A stretch of DNA of 64,000 nt from a virus (taxonomy: Duplodnaviria; Caudoviricetes), in the IMG/VR virus record IMGVR_UViG_3300036762_000065, positions 64,001 through 128,000 of that record, one strand, 5' to 3'. The position numbers and the translations under genes are program-made. The notes under the pieces are model-generated. The model did no database searches. It had not been told where the DNA came from and worked only from the letters and a program-made list of their open reading frames with translations. Of this stretch, positions 39,901 through 48,767 are shown in pieces (position 1 is the stretch's first letter; every line of letters begins with the position of its first letter).

Positions 39901-40784
39901 CAGCTGAAGTTGCATCCGTTCCTGTGATAACAACTTCAGGTAATGTGCAAAAGACTACGTACCCTGACGGTAGTGTTTCTTATGAAGTTGATCAAAATTC
40001 ATCCGATATACTGGATGACGTTTCTACAGGATCGCCTTTACCGACAGAAGTCTCTGTAAAAACTAAGCAGACGGCTATGCATAACATACAGAAAGGTATG
40101 GATGTAGATAGGGATGTTCAAAACACAAGTAAGTTGAACCTTGCGCTGTTGGCATCAAACAATGCAATCACAGATAAAGATAAACAAGAAGCTAATGCTG
40201 AGGTCCGATCTATTGCACAAGATAAGGTAGTACAGAAGGCAGTACAATCAGGCACTGTTGCTAACATGATATTACCTACTGCATTTAAAAACAACATGAT
40301 AGACAAAAACTCTCCTGTGTCTAAAGTAGGTGAGCCTGTAAACGTAATGCACGAAAGTGTGGATATTGGAACTCCTGAGACTGGTCTGATATCAGAACCG
40401 TTTATTGAGAATAGCCCTGTTTCTAATTACATACAACAGGCAGGAAACATAGGTACTGATTTTAGTACAAAATACAGTGAGCCAGAGAATCAGATTAGTG
40501 CGGTACCTAGTAGTGCAACAAGTACCTTAGAAAAATCCGGTTCTACAGAAGCACGTCCTGTACTTGAGACTCCTGCATCTAGGCAAAAATACGAATCTGT
40601 CTCAAAAGTTATGATGATAGAGCCTAAAGTACAGAAGAGTAAGAGCACCAATACAGACATAACACGTAATGGACAGACTAAAGGAGGTGTTACACATTCG
40701 GTTAGTCAAAAACCTACGTTAAGTAATTTATCTTCTACTCCGCTTGACTTCGGACTTCCGTTATTGAACACAGGATATATCTAG
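36996..40784 (+). CDS. tape-measure-like tail protein
   Basis: About 1260 aa; helical and Ala/Gly-rich, with Gly-zipper hydrophobic segments (GAAAGAAAGAAVVG...GGGVGATLGGIGGGIFGG); lies between the chaperones and the baseplate genes. Confidence 0.7.
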   Translation: MASNDHILDDMREMAQRSYAERQEAPSMMQDSVLGSEQSGLPFEKNKLAKSVQEANADKPDVEQQTAGDKQIVNSQYMSAQEIVSNNDNNTDNIVKNADQNNDQLESKFDDLNKSLVSGFDAAKQRDGMQLKVAEKQLTTMKSLYDEIYRENHKIEPTILKSEDNSLSLTEMQAKLEQQRNEEKPSIAGIIADVAGVLGGVGAGVLGSRLGRSRPPVPPGPGPRPPVPPGPGPRPPVPPGPGPRPVGGGKWGKALTVVSGVLGSMYVMGALDNDDTVDGYLKGQEDDVDADLTKASMLQSAYSGKTSSEEYTAYIQSAGRNEDPSGISAIDGLAIAGTGYIAKKALDKFAPNSTAGLNARLDAVSEKANAIKAKAAEKAAAARAAVNNSAPVRTATNAANSVRNAGTSALNYAKGLGWKGKLAAGVLGGIGLYKGTEYLKESAIEHRKNYDLNDRVIDKGRDSSIEYGEETRENIRRRKEGLPELIGQEAISFRSGITLQNGFMPDPRTGYPLKGFSRDYQIARLMTDPSAFAAIQGGATVDEVLGGNAQLYLAKQGLAPTPTNTNSASNVARSLLSTNVPKTEAQMYNAPESVIHSSADFEEYDPNLQVDVSPVAQPIQAGFGNVETVAQPVQAGFGNVETAAASVATAAIVGKYIKSKTAPSDGGTARPRVDTVRPDTRSITDVVKNSVTKLADASANVVESVKTSQRLGPIVQNTIAQTTAMVQSIKPMLATASEVSKSVVDNTKNVVQKTGEVLKPVSSKIGSATDVVKSKMPKNMGLKANAALTVGFAGVEAYDIINDETLDTATKAKELAKVGGGTAGSVAGAAAGAAAGAAVVGEIGAVLGSFFGPAGTAVGGGVGATLGGIGGGIFGGMYGYEAGQDITEVISTGISDMLDSMGIADMVGRAVAIPMAIFSEDARDALTSDFNNNILPSISDLGNSVADFFGWTDEAQKELPDTDKLSTQAAEVASVPVITTSGNVQKTTYPDGSVSYEVDQNSSDILDDVSTGSPLPTEVSVKTKQTAMHNIQKGMDVDRDVQNTSKLNLALLASNNAITDKDKQEANAEVRSIAQDKVVQKAVQSGTVANMILPTAFKNNMIDKNSPVSKVGEPVNVMHESVDIGTPETGLISEPFIENSPVSNYIQQAGNIGTDFSTKYSEPENQISAVPSSATSTLEKSGSTEARPVLETPASRQKYESVSKVMMIEPKVQKSKSTNTDITRNGQTKGGVTHSVSQKPTLSNLSSTPLDFGLPLLNTGYI
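37635..37730 (+). repeat. 30-bp tandem repeat x3 encoding RPPVPPGPGP
   Basis: (c/a)gacctccagttcctcc.gg.cc.gg.cc. three times. Confidence 0.9.
38838..38922 (+). repeat. 42-bp tandem duplication encoding VAQP(I/V)QAGFGNVET
   Basis: gttgcaca.cct.tacaagcaggttttggtaatgtcgaaact twice. Confidence 0.85.
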
Positions 40785-40793
40785 GAGAATGTT

Positions 40794-41489
40794 ATGCCAA
40801 AAGTATTACAAGGTTTTTCTGCACAGACTACAGGTATAGAGCGTCCTGTGCGTCCTGAAGTCGGTAGGATTTATGAAGCTGTAATGTCTGTAGAAGGAGA
40901 TACGGATGCCGAGTCTTGGACACTAAGAACTCCTTTGCCTCAAAACTACTCGTTTAGTTTAAGCTCAGAATATAACAATCCTTATAATCAGCCTATTTCA
41001 GAAATTGCTGGTGGAGGTAATGCACGTTTGGCAGAAAGTGCTCTTACACTAGCTTCAGGACACACTTCTCAAAATAAATGGCTAAGTGCCGCTACTTGGA
41101 GTGGTGGTTCAGAGTTCGCCATTGAAATCCCGTTTGTGCTTCAAGCTTACACAGACCCCGTTAAAGAAGTACTGATACCTATGAAAAGACTGTTAAAGTT
41201 GGCTGCGGCCGGCGAGTCTATATTAGGATCTTTAACTTCACCAGGTCCTCTGCCTAATGTTGTAGGAGAGCGTGATTTTAGAGGTACTGTTATTACTATA
41301 GAAATAGGTAAATTCTTTAAGATGACCCCGTGTATAGTTACGAGCGTTACTGAAGATTTCGATACTCAAATGGATGAGTTTGGTAGTCCTATAGGCGCTG
41401 TTGTACGAGTGCAGTTTAAATCTTTCTGGACATGTACTAAAAATGATTTGGATGATTATTTCCTTCCTTCTATAGGTAATAATAAATGA
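40794..41489 (+). CDS. baseplate/tail-tube junction protein
   Basis: Follows the tape measure gene; LP..Y, W.G, I.IG.FF...C.VTSV...FD...G.P..A.V.V.F pattern. Confidence 0.6.
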   Translation: MPKVLQGFSAQTTGIERPVRPEVGRIYEAVMSVEGDTDAESWTLRTPLPQNYSFSLSSEYNNPYNQPISEIAGGGNARLAESALTLASGHTSQNKWLSAATWSGGSEFAIEIPFVLQAYTDPVKEVLIPMKRLLKLAAAGESILGSLTSPGPLPNVVGERDFRGTVITIEIGKFFKMTPCIVTSVTEDFDTQMDEFGSPIGAVVRVQFKSFWTCTKNDLDDYFLPSIGNNK

Positions 41490-41821
41490 CTTACGGATAT
41501 ATGGAACGTGCGGCACACATAGTTGTTGATGAACTTGGCATTGACCCTCTTAGAGACAAGTCGTGGGAGGCTATACAAAAGATAACTTCTTATAGTGAAC
41601 ATATTGTAGATCAGTCTGAAGAAAATAACCTACCGCTTATTGCTAACAAAGAATACAGAGACTACCGATTATGGTGGATAATATTAGCGTACAACGGCAT
41701 AGCAGATTCATTTAGTGTAAAGTCAGGACAAGTACTGAAAATCCCCAATCAAAATTCTGTTACTTCTGTCCTTGTAAATACACAAACAGAACTTACGGAA
41801 ATAAAAACAGTTTCAATATAA
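41486..41821 (+). CDS. LysM-like baseplate wedge protein (gp53/P2 X-like)
   Basis: L.LIA.K.Y.D..LWWIIL.YNGI.D.F....G..LKIP. Confidence 0.8.
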   Translation: MTYGYMERAAHIVVDELGIDPLRDKSWEAIQKITSYSEHIVDQSEENNLPLIANKEYRDYRLWWIILAYNGIADSFSVKSGQVLKIPNQNSVTSVLVNTQTELTEIKTVSI

Positions 41822-41832
41822 GTGAGTAGTGT

Positions 41833-43428
41833 ATGTCATCGGCAATTTTACACGTTGAAGGTTTAGCTTATTGCGAACTTGCTATAGAGAATAGCATACC
41901 TCCGCCTTCTATAAATCTAATTGATGAGATATCAATTTACGACGGTTTCGGTATCGCTTGTCCTGTGCTTGAACTGTCTTTGTACGACCCTAGTGGTTCT
42001 CTTGTAAGTGACTTCGGATTTACTGATGCCACATTAATTTCAATTACTATGTCTAAAAACAATAGTAATCCGAAGAAGAGGACATTTAGATGTTGGGGTT
42101 GGCGCAGAGAGATGGTAGGCTCTGGCCCTGTAGTTAAAGTTGTTGCAATACTCGATGTTCCTAAATATAGTGCAGGTAGTTACTGTGAAAGTTTTAGCAA
42201 GCAAACTAGCAGTGCTGCATTGGCATCCGTTGCAGATAAGTCAGGTTTAAAGTCAGACGTTGATCAAACAGTAGATGCAATGACCTGGTTGAATATAAAC
42301 CAGACCCGCAGTTCTTTTTCTGAAGATGTGGCTATGCGAGGACGCATTAGTGCCGGTAGCTGCATGGCTCGTGTTCTTACAATGGATAAGAAACTTCGAT
42401 ATAAAGACATTATAAAAGTAATAACCGGAAGCCCTAAAGTAAGTTTCTTACTTAACGTAGATAAATCTGAGGCAAGTGCTTCCCCTGTACATGTGAGAGA
42501 AGTAGAACACTTATCAGGCAGTGGTCTAGTAACACACTGGATGAACTACGGATGGAAACAATACGAACACGATCTTAGCGGCGTCCAAAAATCCGATCTT
42601 AGTGCTAACGCTCCTGTTCTAGGCTCAAGGTTACCTATAAATTCAGAAGTAGGTTCAATGTTTGATAACGCTAGGGTTACGTACACAGGGTTTGATCCGG
42701 GAACTGCGCCTAAGCCTGAATCTAATCTACACAAAGATTACGAAAAGGCACTGTATCAAAATTTAAGATTTCTAGCTTTGTTTAGCGAGCGTATGCGTAT
42801 ACTGGTAGACGGTAATGTAGAAGTAGAAACCTTTGATTGTTGCGAGTTCAAACAGAATGATTATGATGGACAAAATTTCAACCAAAATAAAACATTCAGC
42901 GGCAAGTACATAGTAGGCGGACGTAGCGTAAAGATAAAGAGCGGACATAAGTATCACGAGGTGTATGATCTTTATCGACCTTACATAAATGAGAGTGGTA
43001 AGACTAAAACAAAAGCACCTGCACAAAAGAGTCCTAGCGCAAACGACGGATCGGTTACTGTTCCGGAGTCTTATAAACCCCAGCAAGGAACTGTCGCTGC
43101 TGCTACAGAAGTTGAGGCTCATAAAACACCCGCAGTAAGGCCGAACGCTCCTGCTATAGAGACAGCCGCAACTATGTTGAGTGCATTGGCCGAGTTTGAT
43201 AGCCAAACACCTAAGATACCTACTGTACCTGCAGCAAAACAGAGTCAACCTGTAGCTACTGAAAAGCTACAGACTCAAACTAAAATACGAGAGTCTGTAG
43301 CTGCATTAAACACCGGGCCTCTTGCGGTACCTGCATCAAACACTACGCAACGAGAACTTAATCAAATGTCTTCTACGGTTAAGCTTAGTTCTAGTTCCGC
43401 ACAAGAGATATTCAACGAAGGAGAATAA
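41833..43428 (+). CDS. baseplate hub protein (gp27/VgrG-like) with a low-complexity C-terminus
   Basis: Position in the baseplate cluster; L.L.D, D.M.WL..NQ, SGKYIV motifs. Confidence 0.55.
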   Translation: MSSAILHVEGLAYCELAIENSIPPPSINLIDEISIYDGFGIACPVLELSLYDPSGSLVSDFGFTDATLISITMSKNNSNPKKRTFRCWGWRREMVGSGPVVKVVAILDVPKYSAGSYCESFSKQTSSAALASVADKSGLKSDVDQTVDAMTWLNINQTRSSFSEDVAMRGRISAGSCMARVLTMDKKLRYKDIIKVITGSPKVSFLLNVDKSEASASPVHVREVEHLSGSGLVTHWMNYGWKQYEHDLSGVQKSDLSANAPVLGSRLPINSEVGSMFDNARVTYTGFDPGTAPKPESNLHKDYEKALYQNLRFLALFSERMRILVDGNVEVETFDCCEFKQNDYDGQNFNQNKTFSGKYIVGGRSVKIKSGHKYHEVYDLYRPYINESGKTKTKAPAQKSPSANDGSVTVPESYKPQQGTVAAATEVEAHKTPAVRPNAPAIETAATMLSALAEFDSQTPKIPTVPAAKQSQPVATEKLQTQTKIRESVAALNTGPLAVPASNTTQRELNQMSSTVKLSSSSAQEIFNEGE

Positions 43429-43429
43429 C

Positions 43430-44332
43430 GTGGCTAAAGTAAAAGTATTGTCTATGGAACGTTATTCTAAAAACATGGCCGATCCGTTAGAGCAGACTAT
43501 TGAAAGTGTTATTTCAAATACAACGGCAAGCACATTGAAGAAGGGCGATTTACTTGGTGATGTACAAACAGGAGGCTTCTTTAAAAAGGATTTAGATACA
43601 AACAATGTAATGCTAGATCAAAGTGTTGATACAGATACGATCATCACGGAAAGCAAACAACAAGAAAATGCTGGAATGTTATTCTTGAAGCAAGCATCTT
43701 CCAACACTATATCACCGTCTAATGTTATGTTCCATCCGCGAAAAGTTGCTGAGTTCTTTGAGGAATTTGCTGATATTGATCCTAGTGATTTTCTTATGAG
43801 CAAAGGAGCAGAGGCATACATTAAAGTGTTCGGCACTATGACTCCATCAGAAGCCTCTTCTAGCCTAAAGCAATTAGCTATACTGGCAGCTAGTGTCAAA
43901 GATAAGTTTGATGAGGATGAGGTTATAACAGACGCATTCCTTACCGATTCTACAAATGAAAATACTTATGTTCTCGATATAAAGTACGGCGACCCCCAGT
44001 ACACTCCTATAGTAGAGACATTAGTTTCCGTAGACACATACGCTCCTAATACAGGATTTAAAGACAGTGTTAAGACAGTTGTTTCTAAAAGAAAAATAAT
44101 GGAATGGTCTGATCTGTATAGAATAGGTAATTCACTACACAACAAAGAACTTCCTGTTGCAGAACTTGGATGGGACTGGCCGTTTGATTTTCCACAACAC
44201 AAGCCTGAGATAAGTAAGCATTCAAAAGCATTAACTAAAGTACCTGTCAGCAACGCCGCTTTGGAATCTGTTAAACACGCATCGTCAGAACCTATTAAGT
44301 TTGCTAATTTATTTAGCAGTACTGATATGTGA
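43430..44332 (+). CDS. hypothetical tail-associated protein
   Basis: GTG 43430 after AAGGAG, immediately after the hub gene stop. Confidence 0.55.
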   Translation: MAKVKVLSMERYSKNMADPLEQTIESVISNTTASTLKKGDLLGDVQTGGFFKKDLDTNNVMLDQSVDTDTIITESKQQENAGMLFLKQASSNTISPSNVMFHPRKVAEFFEEFADIDPSDFLMSKGAEAYIKVFGTMTPSEASSSLKQLAILAASVKDKFDEDEVITDAFLTDSTNENTYVLDIKYGDPQYTPIVETLVSVDTYAPNTGFKDSVKTVVSKRKIMEWSDLYRIGNSLHNKELPVAELGWDWPFDFPQHKPEISKHSKALTKVPVSNAALESVKHASSEPIKFANLFSSTDM

Positions 44333-44342
44333 TTTCCAGGCA

Positions 44343-44388
44343 GGTAACAAGGAAGTCACCGATTAAAACTTGAGGGCATGGAAGCTCT
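44343..44388 (+). promoter_or_regulatory. two ANGGAN-loop hairpins (CsrA/RsmA-type binding sites)
   Basis: ggtaac-AAGGAA-gtcacc and agggc-ATGGAA-gctct. Confidence 0.45.
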
Positions 44389-44434
44389 ACTTTTATAGTG
44401 TAAATAATATTCTCAAACACACAGGAGAAATATC

Positions 44435-44791
44435 ATGATTGCAAAAGTCGTTAAAAATGTCAAAAAAGATGTAGCAGATAGTGTAGATGCTAACGTTACT
44501 GCTCACACCGAAGCCAAAGCCTATGTCGAGTGTTTTGCATTCAACATTCAGGTTAAAAAAATCTCGTATAGAGAAGTACATGAAGGTGATGCGCCTATAC
44601 ATAGAGAATTTATGTCTGAGGATTATATGGATATTCAGGTTTCACTACCTTCTGACAAAAAAATACCTAGTATAGAAGATGCATTAGTTATTGCTAACAA
44701 TTGGATTAATGTACACACAACGCAATTGGTATCGTTTACTATAGTAGGTGTGGAGTTAATCACATCAAATACAATAATCACAATCGCTTAA
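44435..44791 (+). CDS. hypothetical protein
   Basis: AGGAG RBS; TGTAAATA motif upstream. Confidence 0.65.
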   Translation: MIAKVVKNVKKDVADSVDANVTAHTEAKAYVECFAFNIQVKKISYREVHEGDAPIHREFMSEDYMDIQVSLPSDKKIPSIEDALVIANNWINVHTTQLVSFTIVGVELITSNTIITIA

Positions 44792-44805
44792 TTATATACT
44801 TGTGA

Positions 44806-44842
44806 TTACACACATGTGGGAGGCACTCCCACATGTGTGTAA
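44806..44842. repeat. perfect 17-bp inverted repeat with a GCA triloop
   Basis: ttacacacatgtgggag-gca-ctcccacatgtgtgtaa. Confidence 0.9.
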
Positions 44843-44851
44843 GGGAACAGA

Positions 44852-45082
44852 ATGCAGAATCTTACTACGCAAATTCAAATCTTGTTGGCAGATGCGAACA
44901 AAAGAGCTTACTTAGCTGAACAGAAAGCGGCGTCTTTGTTAGATGCATTTATATGCCTACGTGAGGCTATTGAAGAAGAAGGTTACGATGTTTATGTAGG
45001 CAATGAACATAAGCCGTTATACACACAAGAAGAAATATATGACGAACTTATAAAACACTTTAACAGGCTTAGCGGACCCTAA
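44852..45082 (+). CDS. hypothetical protein
   Basis: ORF with an AAGGGA RBS in a co-oriented gene run. Confidence 0.55.
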   Translation: MQNLTTQIQILLADANKRAYLAEQKAASLLDAFICLREAIEEEGYDVYVGNEHKPLYTQEEIYDELIKHFNRLSGP

Positions 45083-45098
45083 CTGTGAAGAGTATTCT

Positions 45099-45410
45099 AT
45101 GAATACCTATTATCGTGCCCGAAACGGCACTCTATTTGTTATTGGTCGTTCTTTGTATGACGGACTTCTTATATTTAGACCTATTAATTGCAGTACGAAT
45201 GATACCATTTACGTTAGAGATATTGTAGAGTTTGTTCGCTGGTATGATTCATTAATTAGAGCAGAGGTTCCGAAGTTTTTTGAGAAACGCGCTAAGGTTG
45301 CTGTGGTAGAATCGACCGCATCTCATATATCTGAATTGATTTCCGAATTTGAGTGTACAACTATAAATTTAAATAGCTTGATAGGTAGATACGGAGTTGA
45401 CTGGCAATGA
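45099..45410 (+). CDS. hypothetical protein
   Basis: ORF in a tightly packed gene run. Confidence 0.5.
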   Translation: MNTYYRARNGTLFVIGRSLYDGLLIFRPINCSTNDTIYVRDIVEFVRWYDSLIRAEVPKFFEKRAKVAVVESTASHISELISEFECTTINLNSLIGRYGVDWQ

Positions 45411-45706
45411 AGAGTTTTTTAGAGCAAACAGGACTGTTTGAGCAAGTTATATCTATATCGCATTTTGCACCACATCCTGTTTTTGTCAAGCAAGATAATA
45501 ACACAGTATGCCCTGTTGAGATTATTCTAACTGCACCTACAGAAATAAAGCTGAGAAAAAAAATCATAGAAGCGCGAAATAGACTTACTGCATCTAAGGT
45601 TTATTTAGTTGTTAGGCCAATCACACGCAGAAAAGAGTCCTGTAGCATACGTGCTACTTTTTTAGGTTCGGATTGTTTTTTAACATTAAAAGAAGAGGGT
45701 AACTAA
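45407..45706 (+). CDS. hypothetical protein
   Basis: ATGA overlap with the upstream gene; GGAG RBS. Confidence 0.55.
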   Translation: MKSFLEQTGLFEQVISISHFAPHPVFVKQDNNTVCPVEIILTAPTEIKLRKKIIEARNRLTASKVYLVVRPITRRKESCSIRATFLGSDCFLTLKEEGN

Positions 45707-45961
45707 ATGAATGTTGTTTCGCACACCGGTATTTTAGGCCAAATAAACAATGCTATAAATAACGCCACTTCCTATATTAAACATATTGAAATAACAGGCG
45801 CAGAGATGGCAGAATTGCTTGCTGACCCTATGGTAAAAACATATCAAGGTAAGTATTACGGATCAGAAGAAATTCCTGTGATTACACAGATGGATAAGGT
45901 TAAAGAAGGAGAACTTCCTAGGTGGTTGTTTTATAGAGGTGTACGTATTATAAAAGTGTAA
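45707..45961 (+). CDS. hypothetical protein
   Basis: GAGGG RBS; abuts the upstream stop. Confidence 0.55.
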   Translation: MNVVSHTGILGQINNAINNATSYIKHIEITGAEMAELLADPMVKTYQGKYYGSEEIPVITQMDKVKEGELPRWLFYRGVRIIKV

Positions 45962-46041
45962 ATTTTTTATAATACACACTTGACATCAAGAAGGTTGGAA
46001 GAATTCTTCGCGAACCTATATAATAATATAAGGGTAACCAT

Positions 46042-46368
46042 ATGCATAATTCGCCAGATTTCGCACCTACAAGTGCGAAATTTAAACAAATATATGTAGA
46101 CGATAGAGATAAACAGACTTACATGTATTTGCCGAACGCAAACAACGTATTAGGTTGGCAAATGTTGCCGAAGAAGGGAAGCGTTTGGAAACACAACGTT
46201 AACGACACTCTGTATGTGGTGCGTACTGTAGGCAAGTCTAATTTAGAAGTAGATATAGAACGATATAATGAATTTCCTATTTACATAACGTACAGAGATA
46301 CCGTAACTTGGCATGTCTGGACAAGACCTTTGCACTTATTTTTAGACAGATGTTCCCCACACTCATAA
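46042..46368 (+). CDS. DUF1653-like small SH3-fold protein
   Basis: G..WKH...LY.V...(V/I).Y......W.RPL..F pattern. Confidence 0.55.
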   Translation: MHNSPDFAPTSAKFKQIYVDDRDKQTYMYLPNANNVLGWQMLPKKGSVWKHNVNDTLYVVRTVGKSNLEVDIERYNEFPIYITYRDTVTWHVWTRPLHLFLDRCSPHS

Positions 46369-46378
46369 GAGGCATTAA

Positions 46379-47104
46379 ATGAAATCGTTGAATTTTAAAT
46401 TTTCAGAAGCACAAGCTAAACAACTTATAGAGCACCAAACACAAGCTAATGATGTTATGGCAGGTGATTGGGTACACACGGACAGTAAACAGCTTGCTTA
46501 CTATAGAGCAGCTTATATTGAACTTAGTGAAGCTCTTATGGAAATAGGTTACAAATGGTGGAAAAAGGAAGAACCTGACACTAAGAAAGTATTGTTTGAA
46601 CTTGTTGACGCTCTTCACTTTGTTATATCTGACCACATTAGATATTTTACAAAGAAACACAGAGACAGTGATCGCGCGGCTTCCTTTCTAATGAATTCTT
46701 TTATCAACATATATGAACCTGCTGTAGAACACATAGGAGTCTACGCAAACAAGGTTAGTTCTATACAGACTTCCGAGCTTACCTTACAAGATTTGTGTGA
46801 TCAGGCAATTTATAGCACTATCAAAGAAGGTCGTGCTTCTATAAATTGGCTTGCCGTGTTGTTTGAACGACTTGGCATTTCAAACAGTCAAGTTGTTTAC
46901 TACTATCTAGCCAAGAACACACTAAATAAATTTCGTGATGCTAACGGTCAGAAAGAAGGTACATATATTCGTAAGTGGAACGACAAAGATGATAATACTT
47001 ATTTGTATTCTTTTGTTGATTCTGCTATAGAAAACCAAACCGACATAAACGTAGATGATATATGGAATTATCTGGAAACTTCATACGAAACTGTTAAAAA
47101 TTAA
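46379..47104 (+). CDS. dut: dimeric all-alpha dUTPase (dUTPase_2 family)
   Basis: E..E....GYKWWKK, ELVD.LHF..S, Y..KN.LN.FR..NG.K.GTY...W...DN. Confidence 0.9.
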   Translation: MKSLNFKFSEAQAKQLIEHQTQANDVMAGDWVHTDSKQLAYYRAAYIELSEALMEIGYKWWKKEEPDTKKVLFELVDALHFVISDHIRYFTKKHRDSDRAASFLMNSFINIYEPAVEHIGVYANKVSSIQTSELTLQDLCDQAIYSTIKEGRASINWLAVLFERLGISNSQVVYYYLAKNTLNKFRDANGQKEGTYIRKWNDKDDNTYLYSFVDSAIENQTDINVDDIWNYLETSYETVKN

Positions 47105-47145
47105 ACACAGGTAAACGCGGGGTACTGCCCCGCTAGGCTATTGTT

Positions 47146-47673
47146 ATGGATGTTGTAGAGTTCCATAAAAAACACACCTCATTAAAGTTGATAGTAGGAA
47201 TGCTTATCGGTTATATGGTATTTCCTATTCTTTTGTTGCCTATGATAACGCAACACAGTCCTTTTGATCTTATGTTTTACTATAGTCCGAGTACCATGTT
47301 AGAGCATATGTCTAAAATGTCAGAACATGACAGAATACAATACGTTATAGGATTATGTACAATTGATGTTCTATATCCTATATACTACTGTACACTTGCT
47401 GCAATGACTCTAGCATTTCTACTACAAAACACAAACCTACCTAGTGACATTATACTAATCGTGTATTTCATAGGTATTGTGGATTTACTGGAAAATATAG
47501 CTATAGTAACAAGCTTACTCACATATCCTCATTCTCCTATGTTTTCTATGTATGCAGCAGGTTTATTCACAGCATCAAAGTGGATTTTGTTTTCTATTAT
47601 AGGCGCATTTATTTTATACTTAATTTTTTTACGCAAGGAAAAAGCACATGTCCAAGAAGAAAGTGAAAAGTAG
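47146..47673 (+). CDS. integral membrane protein (about 4 TM segments)
   Basis: Several hydrophobic segments; D..YP..Y, D.LEN and T..KW pattern. Confidence 0.7.
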   Translation: MDVVEFHKKHTSLKLIVGMLIGYMVFPILLLPMITQHSPFDLMFYYSPSTMLEHMSKMSEHDRIQYVIGLCTIDVLYPIYYCTLAAMTLAFLLQNTNLPSDIILIVYFIGIVDLLENIAIVTSLLTYPHSPMFSMYAAGLFTASKWILFSIIGAFILYLIFLRKEKAHVQEESEK

Positions 47674-47962
47674 TGCGTTGCAAGAGGCTATTCGTATTGC
47701 TAAGGCAGGGAAAACCGTATGTATAATGAGTACAGAACTTCCGAAGTCTAATACTTATATAACGAAGTTTAAGCAGGATAACGTATCTGAGGAAGTAGTA
47801 AACAGAATACGGTTAAACACTGTAAACGTGTTGCAGGATAACATGACTATTAGTGGTATTGTAGGTGCTGATTGTTGTATACTAACTAGAGGATTGCAAC
47901 AGTACGAATCCTTGTTTAAGAAACTGTTTTCTGATAAGTTCGATGAGATAATTTCAATGTGA
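47648..47962 (+). CDS. hypothetical protein
   Basis: AAGGA RBS; overlapping gene run. Confidence 0.55.
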   Translation: MSKKKVKSSALQEAIRIAKAGKTVCIMSTELPKSNTYITKFKQDNVSEEVVNRIRLNTVNVLQDNMTISGIVGADCCILTRGLQQYESLFKKLFSDKFDEIISM

Positions 47963-48360
47963 AGTGCATTATACCGGTAAATAACATGCTACACCTTAAT
48001 GAAGAAGAACGGTTGATATTACGCACGTTATGGCATAAGTTAGATGACCAGTTTTTCAAGTTTATGTACAATGATTTATTTAGATTAGACCCTAATACTA
48101 AGAACTTCTTTACCTGCGTTGACCTAGGAAACATGTTGAGAAGCGGTTTAAAGCGTATATTGGAAGGTGTTGCTGAACAAGAGCAGTTTACAGAGCTGGG
48201 AAAAATGCATAAATCTCTAGGCATAGATATTATAGCGTTTAAGTTTATGCGTGTCTCGCTCCTCAATGCTTTTATCTATACCAAAGAGTTTGAGTTGAAG
48301 GAAATAGATGTGTGGTTAAAGGTTTTCGATTATGCAATTGAATCTATGTGTATGGAGTAG
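47959..48360 (+). CDS. single-domain globin
   Basis: A-helix L...W, B10 Tyr in MYNDLF..DP.TK.FF (CD1 Phe), proximal His in LGKMH..LGI, H-helix W..VFD. Confidence 0.75.
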   Translation: MKCIIPVNNMLHLNEEERLILRTLWHKLDDQFFKFMYNDLFRLDPNTKNFFTCVDLGNMLRSGLKRILEGVAEQEQFTELGKMHKSLGIDIIAFKFMRVSLLNAFIYTKEFELKEIDVWLKVFDYAIESMCME

Positions 48361-48363
48361 TAA

Positions 48364-48765
48364 ATGGATCCTTCTATCATAACAGGTCATAAACATATTG
48401 ATGATCAACATAGACACCTATTAAACACTATCGAATACTATAACGTATCTTGCGATTTTAATGATGTTGTTGGTATAGATCGTGTATTTAACCAGTTATT
48501 GCAATATATTGAGTACCACTTCAAGTATGAAGAAATACTTTACTCTGATATTCCTGAAAACGAAAACCATATGCTAATGCATAGATTGTTTGAACACCGC
48601 GTAAATGTATATAAAGAAAAATTTGAAGAATCAGATAGCAAGGAACTGCGCAAGGAATTTTCTTTATTTTTACATAAGTGGCTAATAAACCATATATGTA
48701 AAGAAGACATAGCTTCTGTTGCGTGGGTAAGAGAGAATCAACCGGATAAGTTTAACGAGGTGTAG
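48364..48765 (+). CDS. single-domain bacteriohemerythrin
   Basis: TG...ID.QH..L, HF..EE, H...H and WL.NHI..ED: a complete di-iron ligand set. Confidence 0.92.
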   Translation: MDPSIITGHKHIDDQHRHLLNTIEYYNVSCDFNDVVGIDRVFNQLLQYIEYHFKYEEILYSDIPENENHMLMHRLFEHRVNVYKEKFEESDSKELRKEFSLFLHKWLINHICKEDIASVAWVRENQPDKFNEV

Positions 48766-48767
48766 TA

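Noticed and set aside
45980-46026. TTGACA and TATAAT as a sigma70 promoter
   Set aside because: The spacing is far greater than 16-18 nt.
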